Assembly: GCA_965204725.1 (NCBI GenBank)
Contig: OZ242005.1
Span: 4,768,001 to 4,832,000, forward strand
DNA from: Candidatus Latescibacterota bacterium
GTDB taxonomy: Bacteria; Latescibacterota; UBA2968; UBA8231
Direction: 5' to 3'
DNA length: 64,000 bases
Shown here piece by piece: positions 27,306 through 38,049 of this stretch (its first letter is position 1; each line of letters begins with the position of its first letter). Under the pieces are notes generated by a model. That model ran no database searches. It was not told the DNA's origin and was given only the letters and a program-made list of their open reading frames with translations. The position numbers were made by a program, and so were the translations under genes.

Positions 27306-27967
27306 GGACGATCACCAAGGGGCGAGAACCTGCGAATCTTACGCAGCATCGCTTGACGCCGCCAAGCGACGGCTACAAACCCAGCTACGACAACTACCCG
27401 TATAAGGAAGCACTCCGGGAAGTTCTAGTGAGAGAACAGCGTGGACTCTGCTGTTACTGCATGAAAAAGATTAGCAGCGACCGAGAAGAAATGAAGATTG
27501 AACATTGGCGATCCCAGAGTCTGTATCCGACCGAGCAGCTCAGTTATCGCAATATCCTCGCCGCGTGTCTGGGCGGGGAAGGACAGCCGCCACACCACCA
27601 ACACTGCGACACGCGCAAGGGAGACAAGGATCTCAAATGGAATCCGGCTGAGCCGGCACATAGTATCGAAACGCGGCTTCGATATGAGGCAGATGGCAGT
27701 ATCCGGTCCGATGACCCCACGTTTGACACCCAGCTCTGCCAAGTGCTGAACCTCAATCTCGCGGAACTAAAGAACAGGCGAAAAGATGTCCTCGACATAG
27801 TTCTTGGATGGTGGAGTCGCGAGAAGGCAAAAATCAAAGGTCCCGTACCGCGATCAAGATTTGAACAGAAACGCGACCAGTGGGCAGGCGGAGCGGGTGC
27901 GCTCAAACCGTACTGCCAAGTCGTCATCTGGTGGCTGGATCAGCGCTTGAAGAGGATGCCCGCATGA
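27302..27967 (+). CDS. HNH endonuclease, PtuB-like
   Basis: [38 protein letters not shown]; translationally coupled to the ATPase. Confidence 0.85.
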   Translation: MRTITKGREPANLTQHRLTPPSDGYKPSYDNYPYKEALREVLVREQRGLCCYCMKKISSDREEMKIEHWRSQSLYPTEQLSYRNILAACLGGEGQPPHHQHCDTRKGDKDLKWNPAEPAHSIETRLRYEADGSIRSDDPTFDTQLCQVLNLNLAELKNRRKDVLDIVLGWWSREKAKIKGPVPRSRFEQKRDQWAGGAGALKPYCQVVIWWLDQRLKRMPA

Positions 27968-30900
27968 GCGACTCCCGCCATTCCGAAGCCGCCTTCGAGG
28001 CCGTAATCGAAGCGCACCTGCTCCAAAACGGCTACATCCCCATTGCCCGCGAAGGCTTCGACCGCGACCATGCGATCTTTCCCGCCACCGTCCTCGCTTT
28101 CATCCGCGAGACCCAGCCCGTAGAATGGGCCAAACTAGAAGCACTCCACGGCGACCAGACCGGCGAGCAGATTCTCACGGACCTGTGCAAGTGGATGGAC
28201 GCCAACGGCTCGCTCGCGACCCTGCGCCACGGCTTCAAGTGCTACGGACGGACGCTCCACGCGGCATTCTTCAAGGCGGCCCATGAACTGAACCCGGAAC
28301 TCGAAGCCCGCTACGCAGCCAACCGGATCGGCCTCACCCGCCAACTCCGCTTTTCCCCTCAATCGGAGAAATCGCTCGACATAACGCTGAGCCTGAACGG
28401 CATCCCCATCGCCACGGTCGAGCTCAAAAACCCGCTCACCGGGCAGACGGTAGAGGATGCGATTGGCCAGTACCGGCGCGACCGCGACCCCCGCGAGCCG
28501 ATCTTCGAGTTCAAACGCCGCACACTCGTTCACTTTGCCGTTGATACAGAATGCGTGTGTATGACCACGCGCCTAGCCGGCGACGCCACTCACTTCCTGC
28601 CCTTCGACAAGGGATGCAACGGCGGCGCTGGGAATCCACACGATGGCCGCGCCTATCGGACAGCGTACCTCTGGGAAGAAGTGCTCGCCCGGGATAGCCT
28701 GCTCGATGTGCTCGCCCGGTTCGTCCACTTGCAGACCGAAGAGAAGCGCGACGACTACGGCCGCAAGGTAAAGGCTGAGGCGATGATCTTCCCGCGCTAC
28801 CACCAGCTCGATGCCGTCCGGCTACTCGTGCAGAAGGCGCGCTGCGAGGGCGTCGGCAACAACTACCTCATTGAGCACTCGGCTGGCAGCGGCAAGAGCA
28901 ATACGATCGGCTGGCTCGCGCACCGCCTCGCTTCCCTGCACGACGAGGCAAACGAGCGCGTCTTCGACAGCGTGATCGTGGTGACCGATCGCGTCGTGTT
29001 AGACCAGCAACTGCAAGACACGATCTACCAGTTCGAGCACAAGCTCGGGGTCGTCCAGAAAATTGACGAGCGTTCCCGCCAGCTTGCCGAGGCCCTAGAA
29101 AACGCCGTCCCAATTATCATCACCACGCTACAGAAGTTCCCCTTTGTGTCGCGGCAATTGCTCAAGATGGCGGAGGAGCAGGGCGTTGAGGGGACGGGGG
29201 TACTGCCTACCCGACGCTGCGCCGTTATCATCGACGAAGCACACAGCTCACAGGGCGGGGAGGCATCAACGGATCTCAAGGAGGTCCTAGGGGGCGAAAA
29301 TCTGCTGGAAGAGGCTCGGAAACGAGCTGAGGAGGAAGGCCGTGCGGACCAAGAGGAACTATTCCGCAGCATGGCCAAGCGCGGCCAGCAAGCGAACCTG
29401 AGTTTCTTCGCCTTCACGGCCACGCCCAAACACAAGACCCTTGCCGTGTTCGGCCAAGACGGCGAGCCGGTCCATCGCTACGCGATGCGTCAGGCAATCG
29501 AGGAAGGCTTCATCCTCGATGTGCTCAAGCACTACACCACGTACGCGACCTACTTCAAATTGCTCAAGGCTTGCGAAGACGATCCAAACGTCGAGCGGAA
29601 GAAAGCAGCCCTAGCGTTAGCGCGTTTTCTACGCCTGCACCCCCACAACATCGCGCAGAAGACGGAGGTGATGGTCGAGCACTTCCACGCCGTCACGCGC
29701 CACAAGATCGGCGGTCGCGCCAAAGCAATGGTCGTCACCGGCTCCCGACTGGAAGCGGTGCGATACAAGCAGAGCTTTGATCGCTACATCCAAAAGAAAC
29801 AGTACGCAATCAAAACACTGGTAGCCTTCTCGGGCGAAGTTCGAGACGACCAACTCCCGAGCGAATCATACACCGAAGAGAAGATGAACCTAGGCATCCG
29901 GGAGAAGGAGCTTCCAGAAAAGTTCGCAACACAGGAATACCAAGTGCTGCTCGTCGCGGAGAAATACCAGACCGGATTTGATCAGCCGCTCCTGCACACG
30001 ATGTACGTGGACAAGCGGCTGGCAGGCATCCAAGCGGTCCAGACGCTCTCCCGCCTGAACCGAACCCACCCGCTAAAGGAGGACACGTTTGTTCTCGACT
30101 TTGTAAACGACCGCGAAGAAATCTGCGCGGCGTTCAAGGTCTATTACGAAGGGGCGGAAATGGGAACGGAGGTCGATCCCGCCCGCATGTACGCAGTCAA
30201 GGAAGAACTCGACAAGGCTGGGATATATCTCGACGAAGAGGTTGAGCGGTTCTGTGCAGTGTATTTCAAGCCCAAGCAGCGTCAGAGCCCCCAAGATCAC
30301 CAAGCAATGAACGCCGCGCTCGATCCTGCGGTGACGCGCTTTACCGTCCGGCGGAAAGACGACGAGGCCGAGGCCGATCTCTGGCGCGGAAAGGTCCAAG
30401 CGTTTTGCAACCTCTACGGCTTTCTGAGCCAAGTCATCCCGTATCAGGACTCGGACCTCGAACGCCTGTACGTGTTCCTGCGCCATCTGACGGCAAAGCT
30501 GCCACGGCGTCGGAGTGGCCTCGCCTACCAGTTTGACGACGAGGTGCGGCTCGAGTACTACCGCCTACAAAAAATCAGCGAAGGCTCGATTGCCCTCGCC
30601 GGCGGTGACGCGCACGCCCTAGATGGGCCGACCGAAGTTGGCAGCGGGGCCGTGCATGAGGAACCGATGCCGCTTTCGCAGCTCATTGACGTTGTCAACG
30701 GACGCTTTGGGACCGACTTCAATCAGGCCGACCAGCTCTTCTTCGACCAGATCGTCGAGGCGGCCGTAAGCGACGATGGACTGCGCCAAGCAGCCGCCGT
30801 GAACCCAGAGGACAAATTCGAGTTGGTGTTCAGAAATCTTCTCGAACGGCTCTTCGTCGAGCGCATGGACCAGAACGAGGCGATCTTCGTCCGCTACATG

Positions 30901-31533
30901 AACGACCAATCGTTCCAACAGGTGGTGGGCGAGTGGCTGGCGTCTCAGGCGTACCAGCGGCTCCAAGACACCACCCGCCTGCCGCCTGCTTTGCGCATCG
31001 TCGCCGCCCAGCCCGACGAGCGTTACGTCACCTGCGTCCCGCTCGTGCCACTTGCGATCGCGGCTGGCGAGTTCGGCGATCCTCAAAACGTGGCAGCCGA
31101 GGAGCACTGGGAGTGGGTCGAGGTGGATTCTACACACCGCTTGCGACCGGGGATGTTCGTCGCGCAAATCGTGGGCCACTCAATGGAACCCACGGTCCCC
31201 CACCGAGCCTATGGTTTGTTCCGCGCCCCCGTGGAAGGTACGCGCCAAGGTAAGACGGTGCTGGTTCAACTCCACGACGCTACCGACCCCGAAACCGGGG
31301 CACGGTACACCCTCAAGCGCTATGAAAGCGAGAAGGTCCAAGACGGGGACTCTTGGCGGCACACAACGATCACGCTGAAGCCGACCAATCCCGAGTTCGA
31401 TCCCATCGTGCTCGCGGATGCCGACGAGGGTGAAGTGGCAGTCGTGGCGGAACTGGTGGAAGTGCTCGCTGCAATGCCTGCTGATGGACGCTCAGAAGCT
31501 CCCTACTCAGCGTCCGACAATCCGCCGTCTTGA
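27964..31533 (+). CDS. hsdR: Type I restriction endonuclease subunit R with C-terminal S24 (LexA-like) domain
   Basis: [14 protein letters not shown] nuclease motif, [31 protein letters not shown]; tail AIAAG...GHSMEP...YTLKRY. Confidence 0.93.
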   Translation: MSDSRHSEAAFEAVIEAHLLQNGYIPIAREGFDRDHAIFPATVLAFIRETQPVEWAKLEALHGDQTGEQILTDLCKWMDANGSLATLRHGFKCYGRTLHAAFFKAAHELNPELEARYAANRIGLTRQLRFSPQSEKSLDITLSLNGIPIATVELKNPLTGQTVEDAIGQYRRDRDPREPIFEFKRRTLVHFAVDTECVCMTTRLAGDATHFLPFDKGCNGGAGNPHDGRAYRTAYLWEEVLARDSLLDVLARFVHLQTEEKRDDYGRKVKAEAMIFPRYHQLDAVRLLVQKARCEGVGNNYLIEHSAGSGKSNTIGWLAHRLASLHDEANERVFDSVIVVTDRVVLDQQLQDTIYQFEHKLGVVQKIDERSRQLAEALENAVPIIITTLQKFPFVSRQLLKMAEEQGVEGTGVLPTRRCAVIIDEAHSSQGGEASTDLKEVLGGENLLEEARKRAEEEGRADQEELFRSMAKRGQQANLSFFAFTATPKHKTLAVFGQDGEPVHRYAMRQAIEEGFILDVLKHYTTYATYFKLLKACEDDPNVERKKAALALARFLRLHPHNIAQKTEVMVEHFHAVTRHKIGGRAKAMVVTGSRLEAVRYKQSFDRYIQKKQYAIKTLVAFSGEVRDDQLPSESYTEEKMNLGIREKELPEKFATQEYQVLLVAEKYQTGFDQPLLHTMYVDKRLAGIQAVQTLSRLNRTHPLKEDTFVLDFVNDREEICAAFKVYYEGAEMGTEVDPARMYAVKEELDKAGIYLDEEVERFCAVYFKPKQRQSPQDHQAMNAALDPAVTRFTVRRKDDEAEADLWRGKVQAFCNLYGFLSQVIPYQDSDLERLYVFLRHLTAKLPRRRSGLAYQFDDEVRLEYYRLQKISEGSIALAGGDAHALDGPTEVGSGAVHEEPMPLSQLIDVVNGRFGTDFNQADQLFFDQIVEAAVSDDGLRQAAAVNPEDKFELVFRNLLERLFVERMDQNEAIFVRYMNDQSFQQVVGEWLASQAYQRLQDTTRLPPALRIVAAQPDERYVTCVPLVPLAIAAGEFGDPQNVAAEEHWEWVEVDSTHRLRPGMFVAQIVGHSMEPTVPHRAYGLFRAPVEGTRQGKTVLVQLHDATDPETGARYTLKRYESEKVQDGDSWRHTTITLKPTNPEFDPIVLADADEGEVAVVAELVEVLAAMPADGRSEAPYSASDNPPS

Positions 31534-32183
31534 AATATGAGTTTTATGTCGTCGTATGAGAGAATCGTCTTCGCGCCGAGGTTCACTCGCGTCAGCGGGT
31601 TGCCCTTTAGTTGCACGACCTCGGCGATAGACATGCCCTGCATGAGCGCTATCGTCTTTGCCGCTAACTCTTCCTTGGTCGCGGCAAAGGTAAAGGCAAA
31701 CATCTCCTTGACTGTCGCCGCGTTGTACGCATCGGGGTGCTTGCCGAATTTGAAGCGAACCTTTGTTTTGGAGCCGCCAGCTTCCTTGAGGTGAATCTCC
31801 ACCTCGTCTTTTTCCACCTTGGACTTTTCGATCGTTACCTTGGTCCCTCGCCTGTAGTGGCGGACGGATGCCTCTTCCATATTGGCGGCTTCCAACCGCG
31901 CTTCTTCGGCAAAGTCTTCCGCATCAGAAGCCTGTATGTCCCGCACGCCGCCTACCGTCCCTCGATAAGAAACCTCTGGCCCCGGGAATACATTGGTAGC
32001 GTCCGTACCGCCGATCAGGCGCTTGATGCTGACCACGCCGATCTTGAGATAAAAATCTTTGCCCTTTACGGACTTGCAGAATGCTACGATGGCGGGCCGG
32101 TCGGTTTGGGCTTCGGCGACCACCGGGACGATGGTCCCAACAACGAGCCAAGCAATCAACAGCATGGGCTTTAATGCTTTCAC
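31503..32183 (-). CDS. Secreted hypothetical protein
   Basis: Signal peptide [25 protein letters not shown]; AGGAG SD; C-terminal [14 protein letters not shown] resembles a SmpA/BamE-like motif. Confidence 0.65.
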   Translation of the reverse strand: MKALKPMLLIAWLVVGTIVPVVAEAQTDRPAIVAFCKSVKGKDFYLKIGVVSIKRLIGGTDATNVFPGPEVSYRGTVGGVRDIQASDAEDFAEEARLEAANMEEASVRHYRRGTKVTIEKSKVEKDEVEIHLKEAGGSKTKVRFKFGKHPDAYNAATVKEMFAFTFAATKEELAAKTIALMQGMSIAEVVQLKGNPLTRVNLGAKTILSYDDIKLIFQDGGLSDAE

Positions 32184-32250
32184 GTTCTATCTCCTTATGA
32201 GTGATGAGTGTGCCGCTTTCTCGCGGCGGTTCGTACGACAAGGGGCTTGA

Positions 32251-33162
32251 TCAATGCGCGTACCCGTCGGGATTGTCCCGACGCCAATTGGGCTGGTAGC
32301 CTTCCTCAGCGTCAAAACCATAGGATGGCCCGATCTGGTTTTCGGTTTGCCAAGGCCAACCTTGGCCGCCGATAACGCGGAACTGGTCGCCCTTGCCGCA
32401 GAGCCAATAAAATATATGGGCGTAGTAGCGCGCCGTGCCGTGCCCGCCGTAATACGCGCTCTGAAAGTCGAAGTCCTCCTCGACGATCCAGTTGCGCGCT
32501 GGCGGCGTGGTGCGCCAGTAATTGTACTTGAGCATCCGGCGGAGGCCCTGAGCGGTCGATAGGCCGCGGCGGTGGAGGATGCTCTGGTGATGAATCCCAA
32601 TGGTGCCGGCCGGGCCGTCGCAAAACACGCCCCCTTCTTCTCGGTCGCGGCGAGCAGGTTGAATATGCGAGCCGGGCACCAGCTCGGTCGGCCCCAACTC
32701 TAGGGGCGTGTCTTGGGGAAAGTAGAAGACCTCCAAAAAGCGAAGCTCAGGGCCGAAGACGTGGTCGGCATCTTGGTGCCAGCCTTGGGCTTCCGCCGGG
32801 CAATCAACCCGGTGGTGGCTGGCTAGGACCGGCAGGCCGACGTTGGGGCCTAAGAGCGAGCGCATGGCCCCGGCTAACTCGGGGTTGAGCAGGACGTGTT
32901 CGACGAACCAGTCCTCCAAGAAAATGGAACTCGGCTCGTGGGTAAAACGGATGCGAGCGAGGTCGGCCTCGGTCAGGCCGGTGGGGATGTAGCTCGGATT
33001 GGCCGGAATATCGCCGTCGAGCCAAGCGCAGGTGCGCTGGTTGATCGCGGCGGGCACGACGCCCTTGAGCAAGAGATGGCCCTCGCGGCAGAATGCAAGG
33101 ACTTGCGAATCGGTGAGCGTCGGCTCGCAGTCAAAGGTGCGTTGGCATGGGTCGTAGTGCAT
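32251..33162 (-). CDS. PhyH-family Fe/2OG dioxygenase
   Basis: LTDSQVLAFCREGHL, GWHQD, GPTELVPGSH, ILHRR. Confidence 0.85.
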   Translation of the reverse strand: MHYDPCQRTFDCEPTLTDSQVLAFCREGHLLLKGVVPAAINQRTCAWLDGDIPANPSYIPTGLTEADLARIRFTHEPSSIFLEDWFVEHVLLNPELAGAMRSLLGPNVGLPVLASHHRVDCPAEAQGWHQDADHVFGPELRFLEVFYFPQDTPLELGPTELVPGSHIQPARRDREEGGVFCDGPAGTIGIHHQSILHRRGLSTAQGLRRMLKYNYWRTTPPARNWIVEEDFDFQSAYYGGHGTARYYAHIFYWLCGKGDQFRVIGGQGWPWQTENQIGPSYGFDAEEGYQPNWRRDNPDGYAH

Positions 33163-33294
33163 GGTCCCCTCCGGCGATAAGCGGTCTGTTGACACGTATG
33201 CGCTAGTGCCTAAAAACTAGCCAAATTCCGTCCGTCCTGTCCATCCCTTCCACTAGGTCGTACGCGCCATAAATGGTTATACTCTTGCTCCTAA

Positions 33295-33433
33295 GAAGCG
33301 ACTAGGGTCTAAACGACCCCGGCTGGATTCCCGCCCCGTGTCGGGGCACGGGGTGACGTTCTTGCGCGGGAATGACGGAACCCGTCTTTACGGATTGTTC
33401 AACACGACCCAAGATGGGTTTTCAGACCGCTCC
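33295..33433 (+). mobile_element. Family B mini-element, copy 2
   Basis: TAA|GAAGCG...TTTTCAGACCGCTCC|TAA; about 70 bp core nearly identical to copy 1; left TIR shortened. Confidence 0.8.
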
Positions 33434-33468
33434 TAAGTACGCGTCGGCAAAATCAAACGGAGCACATC

Positions 33469-35658
33469 GTGGCGGAAGCAGAGAGAAAAATAGTCAGCGG
33501 CGGGTTGCACATCGCCCAGCGGCTCTACGCCCTCGTCGCCGAACAAATTGCGCCCGGGACGGGCGTGGCAGTCGAGCACTTTTGGGCGGCACTGGGGCAG
33601 ATTGTACAGGACTTGGGGCCGAAGAATCAACAGCTACTTCAACGCCGGGACGACTTGCAGGCCCAGATCGATGCCTATCACCAAAAGCGGCGCGGCGAGC
33701 CGTTGGACCCCAAGGGCTACCGGGCCTTCCTCGAAGCGATTGGATACTTGCTGCCGACGGGCGGCGCGCATCGAATCCGCACGGAAAACATCGACCCAGA
33801 GATCGCCTCCCTAGCCGGCCCCCAGCTAGTGGTCCCGGTTGACAATGCGCGCTACGCGCTCAACGCGGCGAATGCGCGCTGGGGCAGCTTGTACGCCGCC
33901 CTGTACGGCACGGATGTAATTGAGGGCCGCGTACCGACGGGCGAGTACCAAGCCGAGCGCGGTGCCCAAGTCATCGCACGGAGCGAGGCGTTTCTCGACG
34001 CGGTCGTCGGCCTCCAACAGGGTGCGTACCGGGAGGTCGTCGAGTTTTTCTTGCGCGAGGCGGGCGGCCGGCAAACCTTGGGCGTCCGCCTCGCAAGCGG
34101 CGCAGAGGTCGGCCTCAAAGACGCCGGGCAGTTCGTCGGCTATGAATGCGAAGGAGATCGGCTGAGCAGTGTCTTGCTCCGCCACAATGGGTTGCACATC
34201 GAGATCCAAATCAACCGCACCCACCCCATTGGGCGCACCCACCGCGCGGGCGTCAAAGACGTGCTCTTAGAAGCGGCCCTTACCACGATCCAAGATTGCG
34301 AGGATTCCGTGGCCACGGTCGATGCCGAGGACAAGGTTCTCGTCTATGGCAACTGGAACGGCCTGATGCAGGGTACGCTAGAGGCAACCTTTGTCAAGGA
34401 CGGGCAAACCCTAACGCGCCGCCTGCGTCCCGACCGCACCTTTATCGCCCCCAACGACCACCCCTTGACGCTGCCCGGGCGCAGCTTGTTGCTGGTGCGC
34501 CCCGTCGGCCTCCACATATACACCGATGCGGCTACCACAGCCGACGGCGCGGAAATTCCCGAGGGCTTTCTCGACGCCATGGTCCTTAGCTTAGCGGCGA
34601 TCCACGACCTCAAGGGCCGGGGCCGCTACCGCAACAGCAAGACCGGCAGCGTCTATATGGTGAAGCCCAAGCTACACGGGCCGGACGAGGTGACCGCGAC
34701 CGTCGAGCTGTTCGCCCGAGTGGAGGAGGCCCTAGGGCTGAGTAAAAACACCCTGAAAATCGGCATTATGGACGAGGAACGCCGCACCACGGTCAATCTC
34801 AGCGAGTGCATCCGCTGCGCGGCCGAGCGCGTCGCCTTCATCAACACCGGCTTTCTCGACCGGACGGGGGACGAAATCCACACCAGCATGGAGCTGGGGC
34901 CTATGTTGCCCAAGGCGGAAATCAGAGAGCAGCGTTGGCTCCAAGCCTATGAGGACTGGAATGTGGACGTCGGCATCGCAACTGGCTTGGTGGGAAGGGC
35001 GCAGATCGGCAAGGGGATGTGGACGATGCCCGAGCGGATGCGCGCGATGGTAGAAACCAAGATAGGCCATCCCCAAGCTGGGGCGACGACCGCTTGGGTG
35101 CCGTCGCCCACAGCGGCGACCCTCCACGCGCTGCACTACCACCAAGTCGATGTTTTCGAGACCCTCGGCCATCTAGCTGGGCGAGCGCCGGCTTCGCTCG
35201 ACGCGATTCTCAGCCCGCCGGTGCTCAATCGCCCGCTCAGCCCCGCAGAAATTCAGCAGGAGCTAGACAACAACGCCCAAGGGATTTTGGGCTACGTAGT
35301 GCGCTGGGTAGGCCAAGGCATTGGCTGCTCCAAGGTGCCGGACATCAACCACATCGGCCTAATGGAAGACCGCGCCACCTTGCGGATTTCCAGCCAGCAC
35401 CTAGCCAACTGGCTACACCACAAAATCGCCAGCGCGGAGCAGGTGCGGGCGACCTTTGCGCGCATGGCCGCCGTGGTCGATTCGCAAAACAGCGGCGACC
35501 CGGGGTATTGCCCCATGGCCCCCGACCTCGACGCCAGCGTCGAATTCCAAGCGGCACTGGACCTAGTGTTCAACGGCTGCACCGCACCGAATGGCTATAC
35601 GGAAGGCGTGTTGCACAAGCGACGCCGAGCGGTGAAGGCCGCCCGACGAATCGCCTAG
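33469..35658 (+). CDS. glcB: Malate synthase G
   Basis: [80 protein letters not shown]. Confidence 0.97.
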   Translation: MAEAERKIVSGGLHIAQRLYALVAEQIAPGTGVAVEHFWAALGQIVQDLGPKNQQLLQRRDDLQAQIDAYHQKRRGEPLDPKGYRAFLEAIGYLLPTGGAHRIRTENIDPEIASLAGPQLVVPVDNARYALNAANARWGSLYAALYGTDVIEGRVPTGEYQAERGAQVIARSEAFLDAVVGLQQGAYREVVEFFLREAGGRQTLGVRLASGAEVGLKDAGQFVGYECEGDRLSSVLLRHNGLHIEIQINRTHPIGRTHRAGVKDVLLEAALTTIQDCEDSVATVDAEDKVLVYGNWNGLMQGTLEATFVKDGQTLTRRLRPDRTFIAPNDHPLTLPGRSLLLVRPVGLHIYTDAATTADGAEIPEGFLDAMVLSLAAIHDLKGRGRYRNSKTGSVYMVKPKLHGPDEVTATVELFARVEEALGLSKNTLKIGIMDEERRTTVNLSECIRCAAERVAFINTGFLDRTGDEIHTSMELGPMLPKAEIREQRWLQAYEDWNVDVGIATGLVGRAQIGKGMWTMPERMRAMVETKIGHPQAGATTAWVPSPTAATLHALHYHQVDVFETLGHLAGRAPASLDAILSPPVLNRPLSPAEIQQELDNNAQGILGYVVRWVGQGIGCSKVPDINHIGLMEDRATLRISSQHLANWLHHKIASAEQVRATFARMAAVVDSQNSGDPGYCPMAPDLDASVEFQAALDLVFNGCTAPNGYTEGVLHKRRRAVKAARRIA

Positions 35659-35686
35659 AACCATCCAAACCCAAGGAGATCTCATA

Positions 35687-36442
35687 ATGGAATCCCAGAC
35701 AAAAGTCGCCCTCGTCACGGGTGCTGGCAGCGGCATCGGCCGCCATAGTGCCCTAGCGTTGGCCGAGGCCGGCTATGCGGTGGCCCTAGCCGGCCGGCGT
35801 CGAGACGCCTTAGAGGAGACCGCGGCCATGGCGGGAACGGATGCCCGTATATTGCCGGTGCCCACGGACGTCGGCGATCCCCAAGCCGTCACCGCGCTGT
35901 TTGCCCAAGTCGCCGAGCACTTTGGCCGGCTCGATGTGTTGTTCAACAACGCCGGGGCCGGCGCACCGGCCGTGCTGTTGGAAGACCTCGAATACGAACA
36001 GTGGCAGCAGGTCGTCGCCGTCAACCTGACCGGCCCCTTCCTCTGCACCCAAGCGGCCTTCCGAATGATGAAAGACCAAACGCCGCGCGGTGGGCGGATC
36101 ATCAACAACGGCTCGGTCTCGGCCTCGGCCCCACGCCCCAACTCCGCCCCCTATACCGCCACCAAACACGCCATTACTGGACTGACCAAATCAACCTCGC
36201 TCGACGGGCGCAAATACGACATTGCCTGCGGTCAGATCGACATTGGCAACACGGCGACCAACATGACGCAGCGGATGAACGACGGCGTACCGCAGGCCGA
36301 TGGCTCCAAGCTGGTCGAGCCGCGCTTTGACGTGGAGCACGTGGCCCGCGCCGTAGTGCAGATGGCCGAGCTGCCGCTGGACACCAACGTACTGTTTATG
36401 ACCATCATGGCGACGAAAATGCCGTTTGTCGGGCGAGGTTAG
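35687..36442 (+). CDS. SDR family oxidoreductase
   Basis: [17 protein letters not shown]. Confidence 0.92.
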   Translation: MESQTKVALVTGAGSGIGRHSALALAEAGYAVALAGRRRDALEETAAMAGTDARILPVPTDVGDPQAVTALFAQVAEHFGRLDVLFNNAGAGAPAVLLEDLEYEQWQQVVAVNLTGPFLCTQAAFRMMKDQTPRGGRIINNGSVSASAPRPNSAPYTATKHAITGLTKSTSLDGRKYDIACGQIDIGNTATNMTQRMNDGVPQADGSKLVEPRFDVEHVARAVVQMAELPLDTNVLFMTIMATKMPFVGRG

Positions 36443-36450
36443 AAACCACC

Positions 36451-37185
36451 ATGACCACTGCCGACGCCAAAGCCCATCTCGACGAATACGGGTACGCCGT
36501 GCTCAAAGGGGCGTTGACTGCGGATCAGGCCAACGCCTTGCGAGCCCGCTCGGCTGAGCTGATCGCCGCGGAGCGAGCCGCCGGAGGCGAGCATCTCTAT
36601 CTCGACGACCACGCCCAGCGAGTGTGGAACCTAGTCAACAAGGGGCGGATTTACGAAGAAATGATCCAGCTACCGCAAGTACTCGCGCTCCAAGAGTACC
36701 TGCTAGGCGACAACTGCATCTTGAGCAGCTTCACCGTCAATCTCATCGGCCCGGGCGCGCCGGCCGGCCGCCTGCACCTCGACTTTCCGCTGGGCAGCTT
36801 TCCCCAGCCGCCGCCCTCCATCGCCCTCTGCGCCAATACCATCTACGTACTCGACGACTTCGCGCCTGAAAACGGTGCCACCCAGATCGTGCCGGGTAGC
36901 TACAAGCGCGGGTGTCCGCCCGACCCGGAAAAAGAATACGACGACATCATCCAGCTAGACGCCCAAAAGGGCGATATCGTCGTCTTTCACGGCGCGACTT
37001 GGCACGGCAGCGGTGCCAATCACACCGAGCAAGAGCGGATGATTCTGTTGGGATTTTTCTGCCGCTCGTTTATGAAGCCGCAGCAAGACCAGTTCAAACT
37101 GGCGCGCCCCGAAGTCGTCTCCCGGGCGACGCCAACCCTCAAGCGATTGCTGGGCTTTGAAGCGCAGTCGGGGATGCGGACGTAG
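36451..37185 (+). CDS. PhyH-family Fe/2OG dioxygenase
   Basis: LDEYGYAVL, LHLD, NGATQIVPGS, WHGSGAN...R. Confidence 0.87.
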   Translation: MTTADAKAHLDEYGYAVLKGALTADQANALRARSAELIAAERAAGGEHLYLDDHAQRVWNLVNKGRIYEEMIQLPQVLALQEYLLGDNCILSSFTVNLIGPGAPAGRLHLDFPLGSFPQPPPSIALCANTIYVLDDFAPENGATQIVPGSYKRGCPPDPEKEYDDIIQLDAQKGDIVVFHGATWHGSGANHTEQERMILLGFFCRSFMKPQQDQFKLARPEVVSRATPTLKRLLGFEAQSGMRT

Positions 37186-37193
37186 TGCCCTAA

Positions 37194-37280
37194 GTACCCG
37201 ACACTTGCTTTAAGTACGCATTTTCTGGTGTTGCCGATGAATCTGGGATCGAGGGCAAGATGCCCTCGATCCTTGGAAGG
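37194..37280 (-). repeat. Family A mini-element, single-hairpin variant
   Basis: TAA|GTACCCGACAC...CCGATGAATCTGGGATCGAGGGCAAGATGCCCTCGATCCTTGGAAGG; colinear with the 20159 copy but lacks one hairpin. Confidence 0.78.
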
Positions 37281-37340
37281 GTATGAATTGGTGTTCGCAG
37301 CTTTTGGGCCGCGACGCTGACACTTCATCAAGGGAAAACC

Positions 37341-37736
37341 ATGTCTATTGACCAGCTAAACCACTACCAGCGCAAGCTCGCCTATGAAATGGATTCGTGG
37401 GATTTGTACGTGGCGTTGGGCGAGAACGAACCCATCATCGTCGTCGATGGCCGTTCCGCCGAGGCTTATGCCCAAGAGCACATTCCGGGCGCACTCAACC
37501 TGCCTCACCGGGCGATCTGCTTCAACTCCACTGCGTCGCTCGACAAATCGCAGCTCTATGTCTGCTACTGCGATGGCATCGGCTGCAACGCCTCGACAAA
37601 GACGGCGCTGAAACTGTTGACGCTGGGCTTTCAGGTGCGCGAACTAATCGGCGGGCTCGACTGGTGGAAGCGCGACGGCTACGCTACCGCTGGCGACGCG
37701 GCGCAGCCCGGAACCGAGGTCCAATGCGGATGCTGA
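37341..37736 (+). CDS. Rhodanese-like domain protein
   Basis: VVDGRSAEAYAQEHIPGALNLP, CYCDGIGCNAST, LIGGLDWW. Confidence 0.9.
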   Translation: MSIDQLNHYQRKLAYEMDSWDLYVALGENEPIIVVDGRSAEAYAQEHIPGALNLPHRAICFNSTASLDKSQLYVCYCDGIGCNASTKTALKLLTLGFQVRELIGGLDWWKRDGYATAGDAAQPGTEVQCGC

Positions 37737-37768
37737 ACTGGGCCTGACGGCAGGCGCTAGCTGCATGG

Positions 37769-37807
37769 CAAAAGAAAACCCCAAGTCAGCGTAACCGACT
37801 TGGGGTT
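37769..37807 (-). terminator. Rho-independent terminator after tRNA-Glu
   Basis: AACCCCAAGTC/GACTTGGGGTT stem; T-run on the minus strand. Confidence 0.8.
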
Positions 37808-37813
37808 GATGAT

Positions 37814-37889
37814 TGGTAGCCCGTACGGGATTCGAACCCGTGTTACCGGCGTGAGAGGCCGGCGTCCTAGGCCTCTAGACGAACGGGCC
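37814..37889 (-). tRNA. tRNA-Glu (anticodon CTC)
   Basis: GGCCCGTTCGTCTAGAGGCCTAGGACGCCGGCCTCTCACGCCGGTAACACGGGTTCGAATCCCGTACGGGCTACCA; 76 nt cloverleaf with encoded CCA. Confidence 0.97.
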
Positions 37890-37923
37890 AAAGTTCGTTT
37901 CGTTCTTGACCTGACAGGTTCAA

Positions 37924-37999
37924 AAAATAGAATTCCCAAATTGTATTGTCAAGGTGCTGCGGCCGGCCGTTTGACAGCCGCGGACCGGCGTGGTACTGT
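37924..37999. promoter_or_regulatory. Back-to-back sigma70 promoters (tRNA-Glu and the downstream PhyH gene)
   Basis: Minus: TTGACA(37952-47) N17 TATTTT. Plus: TTGACA(37971-76) N17 TACTGT. Confidence 0.6.
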
Positions 38000-38049
38000 T
38001 GCCCTGCACGAGGAGCAGGCCCGATGATCGTCGCAACAAGGAGCAACCC

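Noticed and set aside
26055-27967. Retron system
   Set aside because: No reverse transcriptase and no intergenic space for msr-msd; the genes overlap hsdS and hsdR
33372-33842. 156 aa ORF beginning in the family B element
   Set aside because: Overlaps glcB out of frame and starts inside a repeat
37814-37889. tRNA-Glu as an island integration site
   Set aside because: No integrase and no duplicate of the tRNA 3' end noticed in the window
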